A DNA stretch of 64,000 nucleotides from Macrostomum lignano (lineage: Eukaryota): assembly GCA_002269645.1 (NCBI GenBank), contig NIVC01003495.1, positions 30,974 to 94,973 on the forward strand. Direction: 5' to 3'. Below the pieces are notes generated by a model. It was not told the origin of the DNA. It saw nothing but the letters and a program-made list of their open reading frames with translations, and ran no database searches. Positions 40,480 through 53,100 of this stretch are shown piece by piece (the stretch's first letter is position 1; each line of letters starts with the position of its first letter). The position numbers were made by a program, and so were the translations under genes.

Positions 40480-41130
40480 AAGGTGTGACAGAAATGTGAC
40501 TGCACTGATGAGGTGTGACGGGAGAGGGACTGCACTGATGAGGTGTGACAGAAGTGTGACTGCACGGATGAGGTGTGACAGAAGTGTGACTGCACTGATG
40601 AGGTGTGACAGAAGTGTGACTGCACTGATGAGGTGTGACAGAAGTGTGACTGCACGGATGAGGTGTGACTGGAGAGGGACTGCACTGATGAGGTTTGACG
40701 GGAGAGGGACTGCACTGATGAGGTGTGACAGAAGTGTGACTGCACTGATGAGGTGTGACAGAAGTGTGACTGCACGGATGAGGTGTGACTGGAGAGGGAC
40801 TGCACTGATGAGGTGTGACAGAAGTGTGACTGCACTGATGAGGTGTGACAGAAGTGTGACTGCACGGATGAGGTGTGACTGGAGAGGGACTGCACTGATG
40901 AGGTGTGACAGAAGTGTGACTGCACTGATGAGGTGTGACAGAAGTGTGACTGCACGGATGAGGTGTGACTGGAGAGGGACTGCACTGATGAGGTTTGACG
41001 GGAGAGGGACTGCACTGATGAGGTTTGACGGGAGAGGGACTGCACTGATGAGGTTTGACGGGAGAGGGACTGCACTGATGAGGTTTGACGGGAGAGGGAC
41101 TGCACTGATGAGGTTTGACGGGAGAGAGAC
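40480..41130. repeat. 30-bp minisatellite (TGCACTGATGAGGTGTGACAGAAGTGTGAC)n
   Basis: Direct reading. Confidence 0.95.
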
Positions 41131-41224
41131 TGTTGGTGACTCCATCTGGCAGGCAACCTCACACATTGTTATGCGATTCTCTCCCATGGGGTCAAACACA
41201 AGACAGAGAGCTGTACACCATAAA

Positions 41225-41350
41225 TGCGTGCCTGCTTACTTATGTGTGCGTATATAAGTGCTCAGTGGTTAGCGGAATGGGCATGACTGACTGCCTCCTC
41301 GCTGACTGCAGGTCAAACGTCGCCTTGCCTTATAAAAGTGCAAACTGACT
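41225..41350 (+). mobile_element. SINE family A-related 3' fragment
   Basis: GCTCAG...GGAATGGGCATGACT...TCCTCGCTGAC...GCAAACTGACT is shared with 43900-44005 and 46652-46765. Confidence 0.55.
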
Positions 41351-41850
41351 AACCAACCACTTCCGAAGAGAACTCGGAAGAGGTGCGCACTCGGCGTTTC
41401 ATCGACTGGCTTCTGGCTGATGCCGGGCGCCCCAGATTCAGTTAGTGACAGCGAACGGCTACGTTTGTTCCCAAGCTTTGCGTTTGTTTGTTGTCGTTCT
41501 CAAACGACCTACCAACCTAGCAGTTAAAGTTACGAGTATTTGTGAATAAACCATTCACGGCCGCTTCGCGACCCTCGGATTCTCCATCTTTCTGTCCTCA
41601 CAAGGTCTATGATATCGCTATTCCTACCCTAATTTGCAAGGGCGGGCAGAAACGCCATTTCCTGCCCGGTCTATGGTAACTCCATACTATTTGAGTGTGA
41701 ATCTTTTCGAATTTTCATTTCCTGCCCGCTGCCGATGTCTAGTGGTAAAATTCACGGGTTAATGCTTCGTATATGTCTCAAGTTTACTGTAATTTCAGTT
41801 TCTCTGCTAAATATCTTGAATTTTATTAAAATAGAAATACTATCTAATTT

Positions 41851-41975
41851 TCTGTCCAAGACATTCAGGCTGTAACTGGACACAAGCGCGCCGAGTCTGT
41901 ACAACGGTTACACAAAGAGGATCAGTTCCGAGAAGAAGCAGAAGCTATCCAATTGTCTCAGTGAGTGTCTTCACC
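41851..41975 (+). pseudogene. Fragment of a Crypton-like tyrosine recombinase (C-terminal catalytic segment), frameshifted
   Basis: Reads VQDIQAVTGHKRAESVQR; removing one T at about 41908 restores YTKRISSEKKQKLSNCLS. This matches the box-II pattern I..VTGH.S..S...Y followed by the S...K..(I/L)S..LS helix typical of Crypton recombinases. Confidence 0.55.
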
Positions 41976-42614
41976 CGGAAAATCGCATTGATAGTGTTCG
42001 GATCTGCGATGCTCCGGCCACGGTTCCGACTGTCAGTGTCAATCTGGCATCTCCCAACGTGTCAGAAGGTGCGACGGCGACGGGTGCTCTAACTGGCCAG
42101 CCTCGACAGTTGGTTGGGCCTTTTAAAATAATTGTACCTTCAATTTTTATTATAAGTGAGTGATTGACCAGACACTTGCAGGTGAGTCATTACTCACACA
42201 AGACAAGTTTTTGTTAGCAATTTGTTCACTATTTAAATGGAAATTTAAAAACACCATCCTAACGTACGGAATGGCTAATCTCGCAAGTTATTAGTTTATT
42301 ATATTAAATTTGACAATATGAAAATACCATCCATCGTAACTTACTAACTGGTTAATAAGTATTTCGTGTTCTTTAATTGTCTATAGTTTATTCAATTTTT
42401 GCGCTAAAATATATTCAGTTGTCTATGGCAAAAACGCGCTGTTTCTTTTACACTAAAAGGATTGAAGATTTCTTTCACATTCCTGCAAATTGGATAGGAA
42501 TACTCTATGGCTGCTCCAGTTAGATATTTTTATATAGCAACAGAAAATTATCAAGCATTAACGTTAATACGCTTAGTGTTCGGCTAATTCGCGTCTTATG
42601 CTGCAGACCAAGTC

Positions 42615-45600
42615 ATGCGTTGGACGCTTGCCTTCTATTGCGCTTCAGTCGTAACGTTGATTACTCTGCTTACCATCGCATCAGGCCAAGAAGGTGACAG
42701 TATACTTTTGCCGATTATAATTTAGTAATTTCGATTTTATGGCACAACATATCGTACGTCAAACGTTTTGATATAAACCAATCTAAACACTTTAATTTTT
42801 TCACTCTTTAGAAGACACCTATTTACCAGAGCCTTTGAAATCGTCAGAAATGGTGAGTGCAAAATTTATTAGGTGTGACTATTTAACTAGCATCTATGCA
42901 CCTGCATTTTGATGCATAAATGTAGATCTTCAACATAGAGAACATTGATCCAAAGACGATTAAAGGAGAGAGACGGGATTCAAATCAAAGGCCTGGTCTT
43001 TTATTTTTTTTAAAAAGCTTCCCAGTCATATTTTTTTATGAATTTTTACTTTAAATAGAAGAAGGCATGTACAATTTTAAATACACCTTCATAAGAACGT
43101 TTTTACGGAAGAAACCAAATAAAAACCAATGAAAAAATCAATCGCTTTTATGTGCTATCTACGTAGTGTACAAAGTATATTTTTGGCGCAGAGCAGCCCC
43201 CAATTGTTTTCTAATAGGCGAGATTTCCCGTCCTTGCTTTGATCATATGTCACTCGTGAACTCGCTCATAATCTTGCTTGCTAAGTGACGCAACACGGCA
43301 TTTCAGTTTCAGCCGCTCAGACGTGTCCGCAGAGCAACTATGCGCGAATTTAAAAAGCCTTTAAAGGACAGGTTTCAACTACTTCACGTTAGCGTTGGCC
43401 TCAGCCAGCAGTTGAGATTCCTGACAAAAAATGGTCCCTACATTATTCAGCTGCATCTCTATTTGGACAAAGGATTGGTAAGATACCCACATATTCTGTC
43501 TTGCCTTGTGACTGTGTAACAAAATGTGTAACAGAATGATAAAAAAGATTCATAATACCAATGAGTCGAGTTGTGCCATCTGTAAAATATCTGTAAGACA
43601 TAAAAGCCAAATTTTCTAAACGAAATGCTCTGTGAATATCAACAGAACTATCAGAAAGGTAGGACATATCAAAAGATGAACTTTGGGTCTCTCCTATGCG
43701 AAAAGCAATAACAATTTTTGTGCTGAAAAATGAAACCTTCATTCTCCGTCATGTATTTCTTAAAGACTGCCTCCTAAAACAATTCAAAGTTACCTAGTTT
43801 CCCGTCCTTCTACTCGAGTAGTCCTTGGTTCGATTCCGCAAGGTCCAACTCACAAGGGCGAAAAGTGTGTGCATGCCTGACGCGATGTGAAAGTCAGAGG
43901 CACCCGTACACCCGTTTTGAGTGCGTGCTCAGGGGCCAGCTGACTTGGCATGACTTCTAGACTCTTTGGTTGGCAGCTCTCAAGTCCGACTGCAAACTGA
44001 CTCACAAACCATGCACTGTAGGATGGCCACTTTTCTAGAAATTCAGACGGCGCCATAAAAGTAGCGAAAGAAGTTGTCAACTTTGCTAACACGGTGAGTC
44101 TGTTGTTTGAGTTGTTTATTCAGGCCTGAGTTCTATGTAACTGGCTGGCTTTGAGGGAAGAAATTTTAATTTGAAGAACGTCTGGCTTTAACTAATTTTG
44201 AGTTTTTATGTTTTCGCGGTCGTTGTTTCTTGGAATTATTTTGCTGGATCGAAGAACGGTCTTTCAAAATCCATAGGATTCGTTTAGTACATCAGATACT
44301 AAAATAACGAGATGGGCCACTCAGGCATATATACTTAGTAAAACAGCTTTCTACTTTCAGTTCAGTAGCAAAGAAGAATACATAAGCTATTTTATAAAAG
44401 TAAAGACAGCTGAAATGAATTTGATAAGTTTAGAAGCCCAAGCTTGCAGGCGTAAACAGCTTGCTAATTGGTTCAGCAATAATGTACATTAGCCAGTCCA
44501 CTGAAATGTACATGGCAGCTTTAGGCTGGAATTCCGAGAAAGGCAATAAAAATTGGGGCGGGGTGGGGGTACGTATTATAGTGCGAAAAGGCGCGAGTCG
44601 CCTAAGCTTTTTATTTAAGAGCCGATAAATGAGCCTAAGCTTTAAAATACATTAAAATGCTTCCGTTTAACTTACTACTGAAAGTAGATTACAAGAAAAT
44701 GTGCTAAGTGGCCCAAGTATATTCTAGCATCTGTGTTTAATACTATATAACCTATTTTGGCTGGAGATGCAGGAGTCGCCACTCCTGCCCTTTATCTGGC
44801 CGTCCTTGAATGTTGACCTTCAAATGTTATTGTCATCCCACTATCACAAGCTCAGATTGCATTGTAATTTTGCAGCTCCTGAAACCATTCAACGCCTACA
44901 TTACGGTGACCAGTCTGCATTCTCCGTCCAAGTTTACGGGTTACAGCCCGAGCGTTCCCGATAAAGATATTCTTGAATTCTTGCGTTCCGAATATGCCTT
45001 AAACTATTGGCAGTACATGTTTGAGGACAACATCGATTGTATATTCACGTTCTTGTAAGTTTGCCCCGCTGGATGCCAAAAATTTGGACAGAACTAATGC
45101 GAAATAAGTTTATCAGTACCTTATTATGACACTTGTTACGATTATTATGGGTGAATTCATGAGCGAGTTCATGAGTTACTTTATGGGCAATTTCATGAGT
45201 GAGTTCATGAGTGAGTTAATGAGTGAGTTCATAAGTGAGTTCATGAGTGAGTTCATGAGTGAGTTCATGAGTGAGTTCATGAGCGAGTTTATGAGTGAGT
45301 TCATGAGTGAGTTCATAAGTGAGTTTATGAGTGAGTTCATGAGTGAGTTCATGAGCGAGTTTATGAATGAGTTCATGAGTGAGCTCATAAGTGAGTTTAT
45401 GAGTTACTTTATGAGTGAGTTCATGAGTGAGTTTATGAGGTACTTTATGAGTGAGTTCATAAGTGACTTCATGAGTGAGTAAATGAACGAAGTGAGTAAT
45501 GAGTTCATGAGTGACTTCGTGAGCGAGATCATGAGGGAATTCATGAGTGAGTTCATGAGCGAGTTTATGAATGAGTTCATGAGTGAACTCACTAGAAAAC

Positions 45601-47958
45601 TATAAAGCTTACTCTGCTTTTGGGCATATTCGGCAACACTCGCAGAGGCCGCGGCAACATGAACTATACGATGTCGGACTCTACTGGCGAGCTCTGTAAG
45701 GACCTTTATGGCCGACCAGAATGCATTGGATTCGTTACGGTGAGAGAAAAAGCTTGAAAAGCTGATAAAACCAGCCAAGATCATTATCGCATCCTGGGGA
45801 GCGAAGCTAACATAGACGATCCCTTAGCGACCATTTATAATTCCTTAGCGACCATTGTTAAATCCTTAGCGACCATTGGTAATTCCTTAGCGACCATTGG
45901 TAATTCTTTAGCGACCCTAGAGGATTCCTTAGCGACCCTAGAGGATTCCTTATCGACCCTAGAGGATTCCTTAGCGACCCTAGATGATTCCTTAGCGACC
46001 ATTGGTGATTCCTTAGCGACCATTGGTGATTTCCTTAGCGACCATTGGTGATTCCTTAGCGACTATTGACGATTCCTTAGCGACTATTGACGATTCCTTA
46101 GCGACCATTGGTGATTCCTTAGCGACTATTGACGATTCCTTAGCGACCATTGGTGATTCCTTAGCGACCCTAGAGGATTCCGTAGCGACCATTGGTGATT
46201 TCCTTAGCGACCATTGGTGATTCCTTAGCGACTATTGACGATTCTTTAGCAACAATAAAGGCTTCTTTGCTTTATCATTAGCGGTGTAGGCTCCAACCCA
46301 GGCTGCATCACTCACAAGAGCAGCTTATCAGAATAAAGCTTTCCTGCATGACACCCCGTTCCGCAGTTGGAACTTAGCAAGTCGAACTACATCAAGACGG
46401 CGGGACTGGCCCTGGCCCACGAGCTCAGCCACAGGATAGGCGCCAGTCACGACTCAAAGTACTGCCAGTGCCATTTCCCACGATGCCTGATGAACAAATA
46501 CGTGGTCACGGAAGGCAAAGCTGAGCCAATCGGCTGGTCGACTTGCAGCATCAACAGTATGGCCGATTCTCTCGACGCTCTGGCGCTGGGCAAGGCCTGC
46601 CTGTCCGCCAAGTGGAACTGGAAGCCTCATAACGGTGAGCAAGAAAATTAACCCTGTGTGAGTGTGTGCCTGCTCAGGTGTCAGTGGAATGAGCATGACT
46701 GATTGCATCCTCGCTGACTGCGGATCGCTGACCCAAAGTTGCCTGCAGGCAAACTCAACTCCAAGGAGTTTTGGCTGACTGTTCCGACGAGATGAATCCA
46801 TTGAAGACTGCAGTCTGAAGCTCTAAATCGGCTCCCCCCCTTGTTAATAAGGCACCCGCTATGCATGTTTCACAGACGGGCGCAGCATCATGCTGCAGTA
46901 CTCGAAGGACTGGGGACCGACCTGCGGCAACGGCATTGTCGAGCCCAACGAAGAGTGCGACTGCGGCGGGCGGCTCGCCTGCCAGAACAACCGCTGCTGC
47001 CAGGCAGACACCTGCAAACTGGTCGCAGGTGCAGCCTGCGGATTCGGCGACTGCTGCAACATGACTTCGTGCACGCCACTGGCTAGCGGCGTCCTCTGCA
47101 GACTGGCTGTTGATCACAGGTCCGTTTCGCAGCAGGTTTACAGTGTAGAATCTTGGTGAGATAGCAGAAACATCGCTTTAAGTGGTTTCAAACTACCCCT
47201 GCTCTTTATTCAGTAGTATTTATCTTTCTGTGTGCTCACATCACACTCAGTTAAAGTTTCTACACCTGGTCACTTCTCTGCACCATTAGTATGAGTGCAT
47301 GTCTGTGTACAGTATTGGCGCGCTTGTCAGCGCTGCTTGTGGGACCATGTTGCCGACGGCTCTGCGCCAAGGTGCCAATTACAACCCTTTTGGCGAATAT
47401 TTATTTTTTGAATGGATTTTCATGCATTAAAAAATGTACCACCGAAACCTCATTAGTGTTACTCCAAAGCTTTCTGCACATCGCGTGTTCAGATGCGACT
47501 ACCCTGAGTTCTGCGACGGCGTGAAGGCGACGTGTCCTCCGGACCTCTCGGTGATGTCCGACTGGCCGTGCGACGGGAAGAAGACCCAGAGGTGCCGCCT
47601 TCGCGCCTGCCTGCCGCCACGGTGGGGCGCCAAGTTCAGCGGGCCGCGGTGCGAACTGGGCAAGACGGTGCCAACCACGGCGGGCGACTGCAAGCCGATG
47701 CACGAGCCGGGCCCCGCCGAGCAGCTGGAGGAGTGGGTGGACCCGCTGCCAAAGGACGACATCGTGTTTGCGTTTGAGCACAACGAGGATTCCAAGGAGA
47801 ATAATTCCACTTTAGATACAGACTCAAAGCTTAATTCGACGGTGAACCATCGGCCGGTGTTAGAGACGCAGGATCGGGGGTTTCGGCATGTCGGTAGTGA
47901 ACTCTGGCTGGCGGTGGCTTCCTCTGTTGCATTATTTGCAGTTCTGCTGCCGAGTTGA
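42615..47958 (+). CDS. ADAM/reprolysin (M12B)-like metalloprotease-disintegrin, paralog A, 9 exons, about 535 aa
   Basis: Exons 42615-42693, 42812-42852, 43313-43477, 44022-44093, 44876-45054, 45646-45739, 46367-46634, 46876-47119 and 47493-47958, all GT-AG and in phase. Signal peptide, RRVRR furin site, HELSHRIGASHD zinc motif, CLM Met-turn, [15 protein letters not shown] disintegrin, and a hydrophobic C-terminus. Confidence 0.88.
43600..43825. mobile_element. Unclassified interspersed repeat (family M2), copy 1
   Basis: Aligns with 57160-57385 (shared AAAAGCAATAACAATTTTTGTGCTGAAAAA and TTTCCCGTCC..CTACT.GAGT.GTCCTTG). Confidence 0.65.
43826..44005 (+). mobile_element. Divergent SINE family A-related copy
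   Basis: B-box GGTTCGATTCC, then GTGCATGCCTGACG...GTACAC...GTGCTCAGGGG...GCAAACTGACT. Confidence 0.5.
44293..44733. mobile_element. MITE family M1, full-length
   Basis: TIR of about 30 bp: CAGATACTAAAATAAC.AGATGGGCCACT / AGTGGCCCAA.TAGTTATTTTAGTATCTG. Three copies in the window. Confidence 0.8.
45140..45590. repeat. 12-bp minisatellite (GAGTGAGTTCAT)n, ADAM-A intron 5
   Basis: Direct reading. Confidence 0.9.
45826..46250. repeat. 21-bp minisatellite (GATTCCTTAGCGACCATTGGT)n, ADAM-A intron 6
   Basis: Direct reading. Confidence 0.9.
46652..46765 (+). mobile_element. SINE family A 3' fragment, ADAM-A intron 7
   Basis: CTGTGTGAGTGTGTGCCTGCTCAGG...GGAATG matches the body of the other copies. 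Confidence 0.6.
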
Positions 47959-48139
47959 TAGTGAATTTTGTAGCTTCACCTGCCCTATATTGCAGGCATA
48001 TTGCATAGTCAGGCATATTGCAGAGCTGAGTAAATGAGCTCTAGCGGTTTTAACCTCTCCCTTGTAGGAATTTCTTCATTGCAAACCAAAAATATACTTT
48101 TTATCGTAGCTCATTCTATAATTCCTGCAGCTGTGACCG

Positions 48140-48950
48140 ACTTTGACACTTGCACAGAAACCTGACCGATCCTGACACCTCCACAGAAACCTGACCGATC
48201 CTGACACCTCCACAGAAACCTGACCGATCCTGACACCTCCACAGAAACCTGACCGATCCTGACACCTCCACAGAAACCTGACCGATCCTGACACCTCCAC
48301 AGAAACCTGACCGATCCTGACACCTCCACAGAAACCTGACCGATCCTGACACCTCCACAGAAACCTGACCGATCCTGACACCTCCACAGAAACCTGACCG
48401 ATCCTGACACCTCCACAGAAACCTGACCGATCCTGACACCTCCACAGAAACCTGACCGATCCTGACACCTCCACAGAAACCTGACCGATCCTGACACCTC
48501 CACAGAAACCTGACCGATTCTGACACCTCCACAGAAACCTGACCGATCCTGACACCTCCACAGAAACCTGACCGATCCTGACACCTCCACAGAAACCTGA
48601 CCGATCCTGACACCTCCACAGAAACCTGACCGATCCTGACACCTCCACAGAAACCTGACCGATCCTGACACCTCCACAGAAACCTGACCGATCCTGACAC
48701 CTCCACAGAAACCTGACCGATCCTGACACCTCCACAGAAACCTGACCGATCCTGACACCTCCACAGAAACCTGACCGATTCTGACACCTCCACAGAAACC
48801 TGACCGATCCTGACACCTCCACAGAAACCTGACCGATCCTCACACCTCCACAGAAACCTGACCGATCCTGACACCTCCACAGAAACCTGACCGATCCTGA
48901 CACCTCCACAGAAACCTGACCGATCCTGACACCTCCACAGAAACCTGACG
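48140..48950. repeat. 29-bp minisatellite (CACAGAAACCTGACCGATCCTGACACCTC)n
   Basis: Highly homogeneous array between ADAM-A and ADAM-B. Confidence 0.95.
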
Positions 48951-49205
48951 ATAGCCATGCTGCCGTCTTAGCAATAGTAGAAGAGTTAAATTTTGGCTGG
49001 AGTGCAGCTTTTTGATGTTTTTTTCTCACTCATCTGCATAACAGACAGTGCGATGGAGTGCTTCAAATTTAATGTTTAAGCGGAAATCTTTTCGTTGTTT
49101 CTAGTCCAAAATCGAAGTCAAGCAACTTTTCAAATTGTCTCAGAACCGAAATGGCTATCCAAGTGAGTTGAAGCATGTAACTACAATAACATGCTCTAAG
49201 TAAGA

Positions 49206-49424
49206 GGTTGTAGCCTAGTGGTCAGAGCGTTGGACTCACGACTTGAAGGTCGGGGGTTCGATTCCCGATTCCACTGGAAAAATTTGTGTCCTTGAGCAAG
49301 ACACTCAACTCCGCACTGCTTCAGTTCACCCAGCTGTAAAATGGGTGCCAGCATTAGCTTGAGCAATTGGGGTGTGTATGGCGACCCCCCAGTCCTTGGA
49401 TTGAGCAGCCGTACGCAGCCTTCA
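49206..49424 (+). mobile_element. CORE-SINE family B, 3'-truncated
   Basis: tRNA head (TAGCCTAGTGG, GGTTCGATTCC) and a CORE-like TGTCCTTGAGCAAGACACTCAACTC...CAGCTGTAAAATGGG segment. Confidence 0.85.
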
Positions 49425-50173
49425 TGAAGCCTTTTAAAAACAATTGACGATTTTCGAAAGTTGCTCCCCCGAAATTCCATGTCTATGGGCCAAAATGTGT
49501 AGATATTATCGCTAGGTTTCTTAGCCCGTCTCTCGGTCTGCTACATATTAATTATCGTAATTATTGTAATTACTGAATTAAGATTTAGTTTTATTCGGAG
49601 TGAGCAGGCTTTCTGCATCTTTAATCTCGTAGAAGATGATTGTTTAGCCTCCCTATTTGTTATTTGACGTATGTTTCCCTTTTTCAAATGAAGGACAATA
49701 AAGAAGCGGAAGGTCCTTATCCTCACCATCGCTAAACATCACGCTGATCGCTTGCAAAACTGAGAGTAAAAGCTTGAATGCACACTTGACAAGCGCACGG
49801 ACCACTTGTCAAATTTTAATTAAATGCCATGTGCTCCAGAGAATTCCAGTGATTGCTTGGCCACAAAAGCGTAGTCTATGTTTACAAGTGGCCAGGATAG
49901 CGCTTGACAAATCTGTCACTTGTCACTTGTCGACTTGTCACTTGTAGTTTTCTCGATCATGTAATCCACCCCTGCCGCCAATATTTTTAAAAATCGTAAT
50001 TGTTGCTAATCGAATTTAATGTAACTCACTAAACCGTACCATAGACAGATTGATTTTGGACTTTGCATTAGTTAAGCCCAACAAAAATGAGAAATCACAA
50101 TTCTAGTGATATTTTTGAGAAGACAAATAATTCATATAAATAAATAACGTCAAAAGCTGAATGTTCGCCGCCC

Positions 50174-53100
50174 ATGCTGCATTTAAAAAACATCTGCTTG
50201 GTTTTCGCCAATGCTTTGGTGGTGCTTAATTTGATCGTTGGAAATCAAGGTAGGCACTTGGCTGGTGGTGGATCAATTGCTGTCTTAACCTGACACTTGT
50301 CTGATATTAAATGTAGATGCAACTGTCGATGCATCTTAGGTGCGCTCACAGATACTAAAATAACTAGATGGGCCACTAGGCATATATACTTAGCAAAACA
50401 GCTTTCTACTTTCAGTTCAGTAGCAAAGAGGAATACATAAGCTATTTTATAAAAATAAAGGCAGCTGAAATGACTTTGATAAGCTTAGAAGCCCAAGATT
50501 GCAGGCGTAAACAGCTTGCTAATTGGTTCAGCAATAATGTACATTAGCCAGTCCACTAAAATGTACATGGCAGCTTTAGGCTGGAATTCCGAGAAAGGCA
50601 ATAAAAATTATGGCGGGGCGGGGGGTACTGTGGAAAGGCGCGGTTGGAGGGTTTAAGCTGGGGGTAAGAGAGCAAATAAATGAGCCTTGGCTTTAAAAAT
50701 ACATTTAAATGCGTCTGTTTAACTTACTACTGAACTGAAAGTAGCTTACACGTAAATGAGCTGAGTGGCCCAACTAGTTATTTTAGTATTTGTGCAATGT
50801 TGTGTGTGCGCTTGACAATCAATGCTCAAATAGTAAGATCTGCAACCAATTCCAGAAAAATTAGAACAATTTTTCCCACAGAAGATGATAATGCTTCTGC
50901 TTCATTGCAGTGAAGTTCATCCTAACTTCAGCAAATTAAATTTTAACAAAACCATTCCATTGCAAACCTGCAGAACCGGCAACGGAGACCCCGGCTGAGA
51001 TGGTGAGAGGCTTTGCTTGTAGCACTGAAAATCACTCACTCATAAACTCACTCATAAACTCAATATTGAACTCACTCATAAACTCACTTATGAACTCGCT
51101 ATTGAACATACTCATCAACTCACTTATAAAATCACTCATAAACTCATACTTCGTGAATTGAAGTTCACTCATTTAAACCGCACTAAAATATTTCAGCTGC
51201 TAAGTCGGGTGCGCAGATACGATCCTCGAATGCGCAATCACAAAGTAGATCTAAAGTACAGATTCCAGTTCACTCGCGTCAATGTTAGCATAAACCAGCA
51301 GAGCAGATTCTTGACCAAATTCGGGCCTTATATAATTAGGCTGCATCTCTACCTAGAAAAAGATCTGGTATGCAATGCACTTTGATTCACGATTGCTTTG
51401 TTGCTATGCTAGCAGAATCCAAAACGTGATCAGATCAACTTTAAACACTGTTTTAGGAGAGCCTGATGAAAAGCACCAAAAACCTGATCGCGACGGCAAA
51501 GAAGGTCGTCAACTTTGCCAACTCGGTATGATCCTGACCGACCCTGACTCCACAAGCTGCTCTGACCGACCCTGACTCCACAAGCTGCTCTGACCGACCC
51601 TGACTCCACAAGCTACTCTGACCGACCCTGACTCCACAAGCTGCTCTGACCGACCCTGACTTCACAAGATACTCTGACCGACCCTGACTCCACAAGCTGC
51701 TCTGACCGACCCTGACTCCACAAGCTACTCTGACCGACCCTGACTCCACAAGATACTCTGACCGACCCTGACTCCACAAGCTACTCTGACTGACCCTGAC
51801 TCCACAAGCTGCTCTGACCGACCCTGACTCCACAAGCTGCTCTGACCGACCCTGACTTCACAAGCTACTCTGACCGACCCTGACTCCACAAGCTACTCTG
51901 ACCGACCCTGACTCCACAAGCTACTCCGACCGACCCTGACTCCACAAGATACTCTGACCGACCCTGACTCCACAAGCTACTCTGACCGACCCTGACTCCA
52001 CAAGCTACTCTGACCGACCCTGACTCCACAAGATACTCTGACCGACCCTGACTCCACAAGCTACTCTGACCGACCCTGACTCCACAAGCTGCTCTGACCG
52101 ACCCTGACTTCACAAGCTACTCTGACCGACCCTGACTCCACAAGCTGCTCTGACCGACCCTGACTCCACAAGCTACTCTGACCGACCCTGACTCCACAAG
52201 ATACTCTGACCGACCCTGACTCCACAAGCTACTCTGACCGACCCTGACTCCACAAGCTACTCTGACCGACCCTGACTCCACAAGATACTCTGACCGACCC
52301 TGACTCCACAAGCTGCTCTGACCGACCCTGACTCCACAAGCTGCTCTGACCGACCCTGACTCCACAAGCTGCTCTGACCGACCCTGACTTCACAAGCTAC
52401 TCTGACCGACCCTGACTCCACAAGCTACTCTGACCGACCCTGACTCCACAAGCTACTCCGACCGACCCTGACTCCACAAGATACTCTGACCGACCCTGAC
52501 TCCACAAGCTGCTCTGACCGACCCTGACTCCACAAGCTACTCTGACCGACCCTGACTCCACAAGCTACTCTGACCGACCCTGACTCCACAAGATACTCTG
52601 ACCGACCCTGACTCCACAAGCTACTCTAACCGACCCTGACTCCACAAGCTGCTCTGACCGACCCTGACTTCACAAGCTACTCTGACCGACCCTGACTCCA
52701 CAAGCTGCTCTGACCGACCCTGACTCCACAAGCTACTCTGACCGACCCTGACTCCACAAGATACTCTGACCGACCCTGACTCCACAAGCTACTCTGACCG
52801 ACCCTGACTCCACAAGCTACTCTGACCGACCCTGACTCCACAAGATACTCTGACCGACCCTGACTTCACAAGCTACTCTGACTGACCCTGACTCCACAAG
52901 CTGCTCTGACCGACCCTGACTCCACAAGCTACTCTGACCGACCCTGACTCCACAAGCTACTCTGACCGACCCTGACTCCACAAGCTACTCTGACCGACCC
53001 TGACTCCACAAGCTACTCTGACCGACCCTGACTCCACAAGCTACTCTGACCGACCCTGACTCCACAAGATACTCTGACCGACCCTGACTCCACAAGCTAC

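Noticed and set aside
40480-41130. The repeat unit contains CTGATGAG, the hammerhead ribozyme core
   Set aside because: There is no GAAA partner after a plausible stem II and no stems I or III could be built, so the match looks coincidental.
41293-41304. GCCTCCTCGCTG is identical to the HDV genomic ribozyme P3/L3 segment
   Set aside because: P3 does not pair (GCC/GAC; GCA/GAC in the 46705 copy), and no P1.1, P2 or J4/2 could be placed. Kept only as a generic structured-RNA finding.
49206-49275. tRNA-like sequences (also at 31730, 54799, 57444 and 59629)
   Set aside because: They have A and B boxes but no closed acceptor or anticodon stems and run directly into SINE bodies, so they are SINE heads, not tRNA genes.
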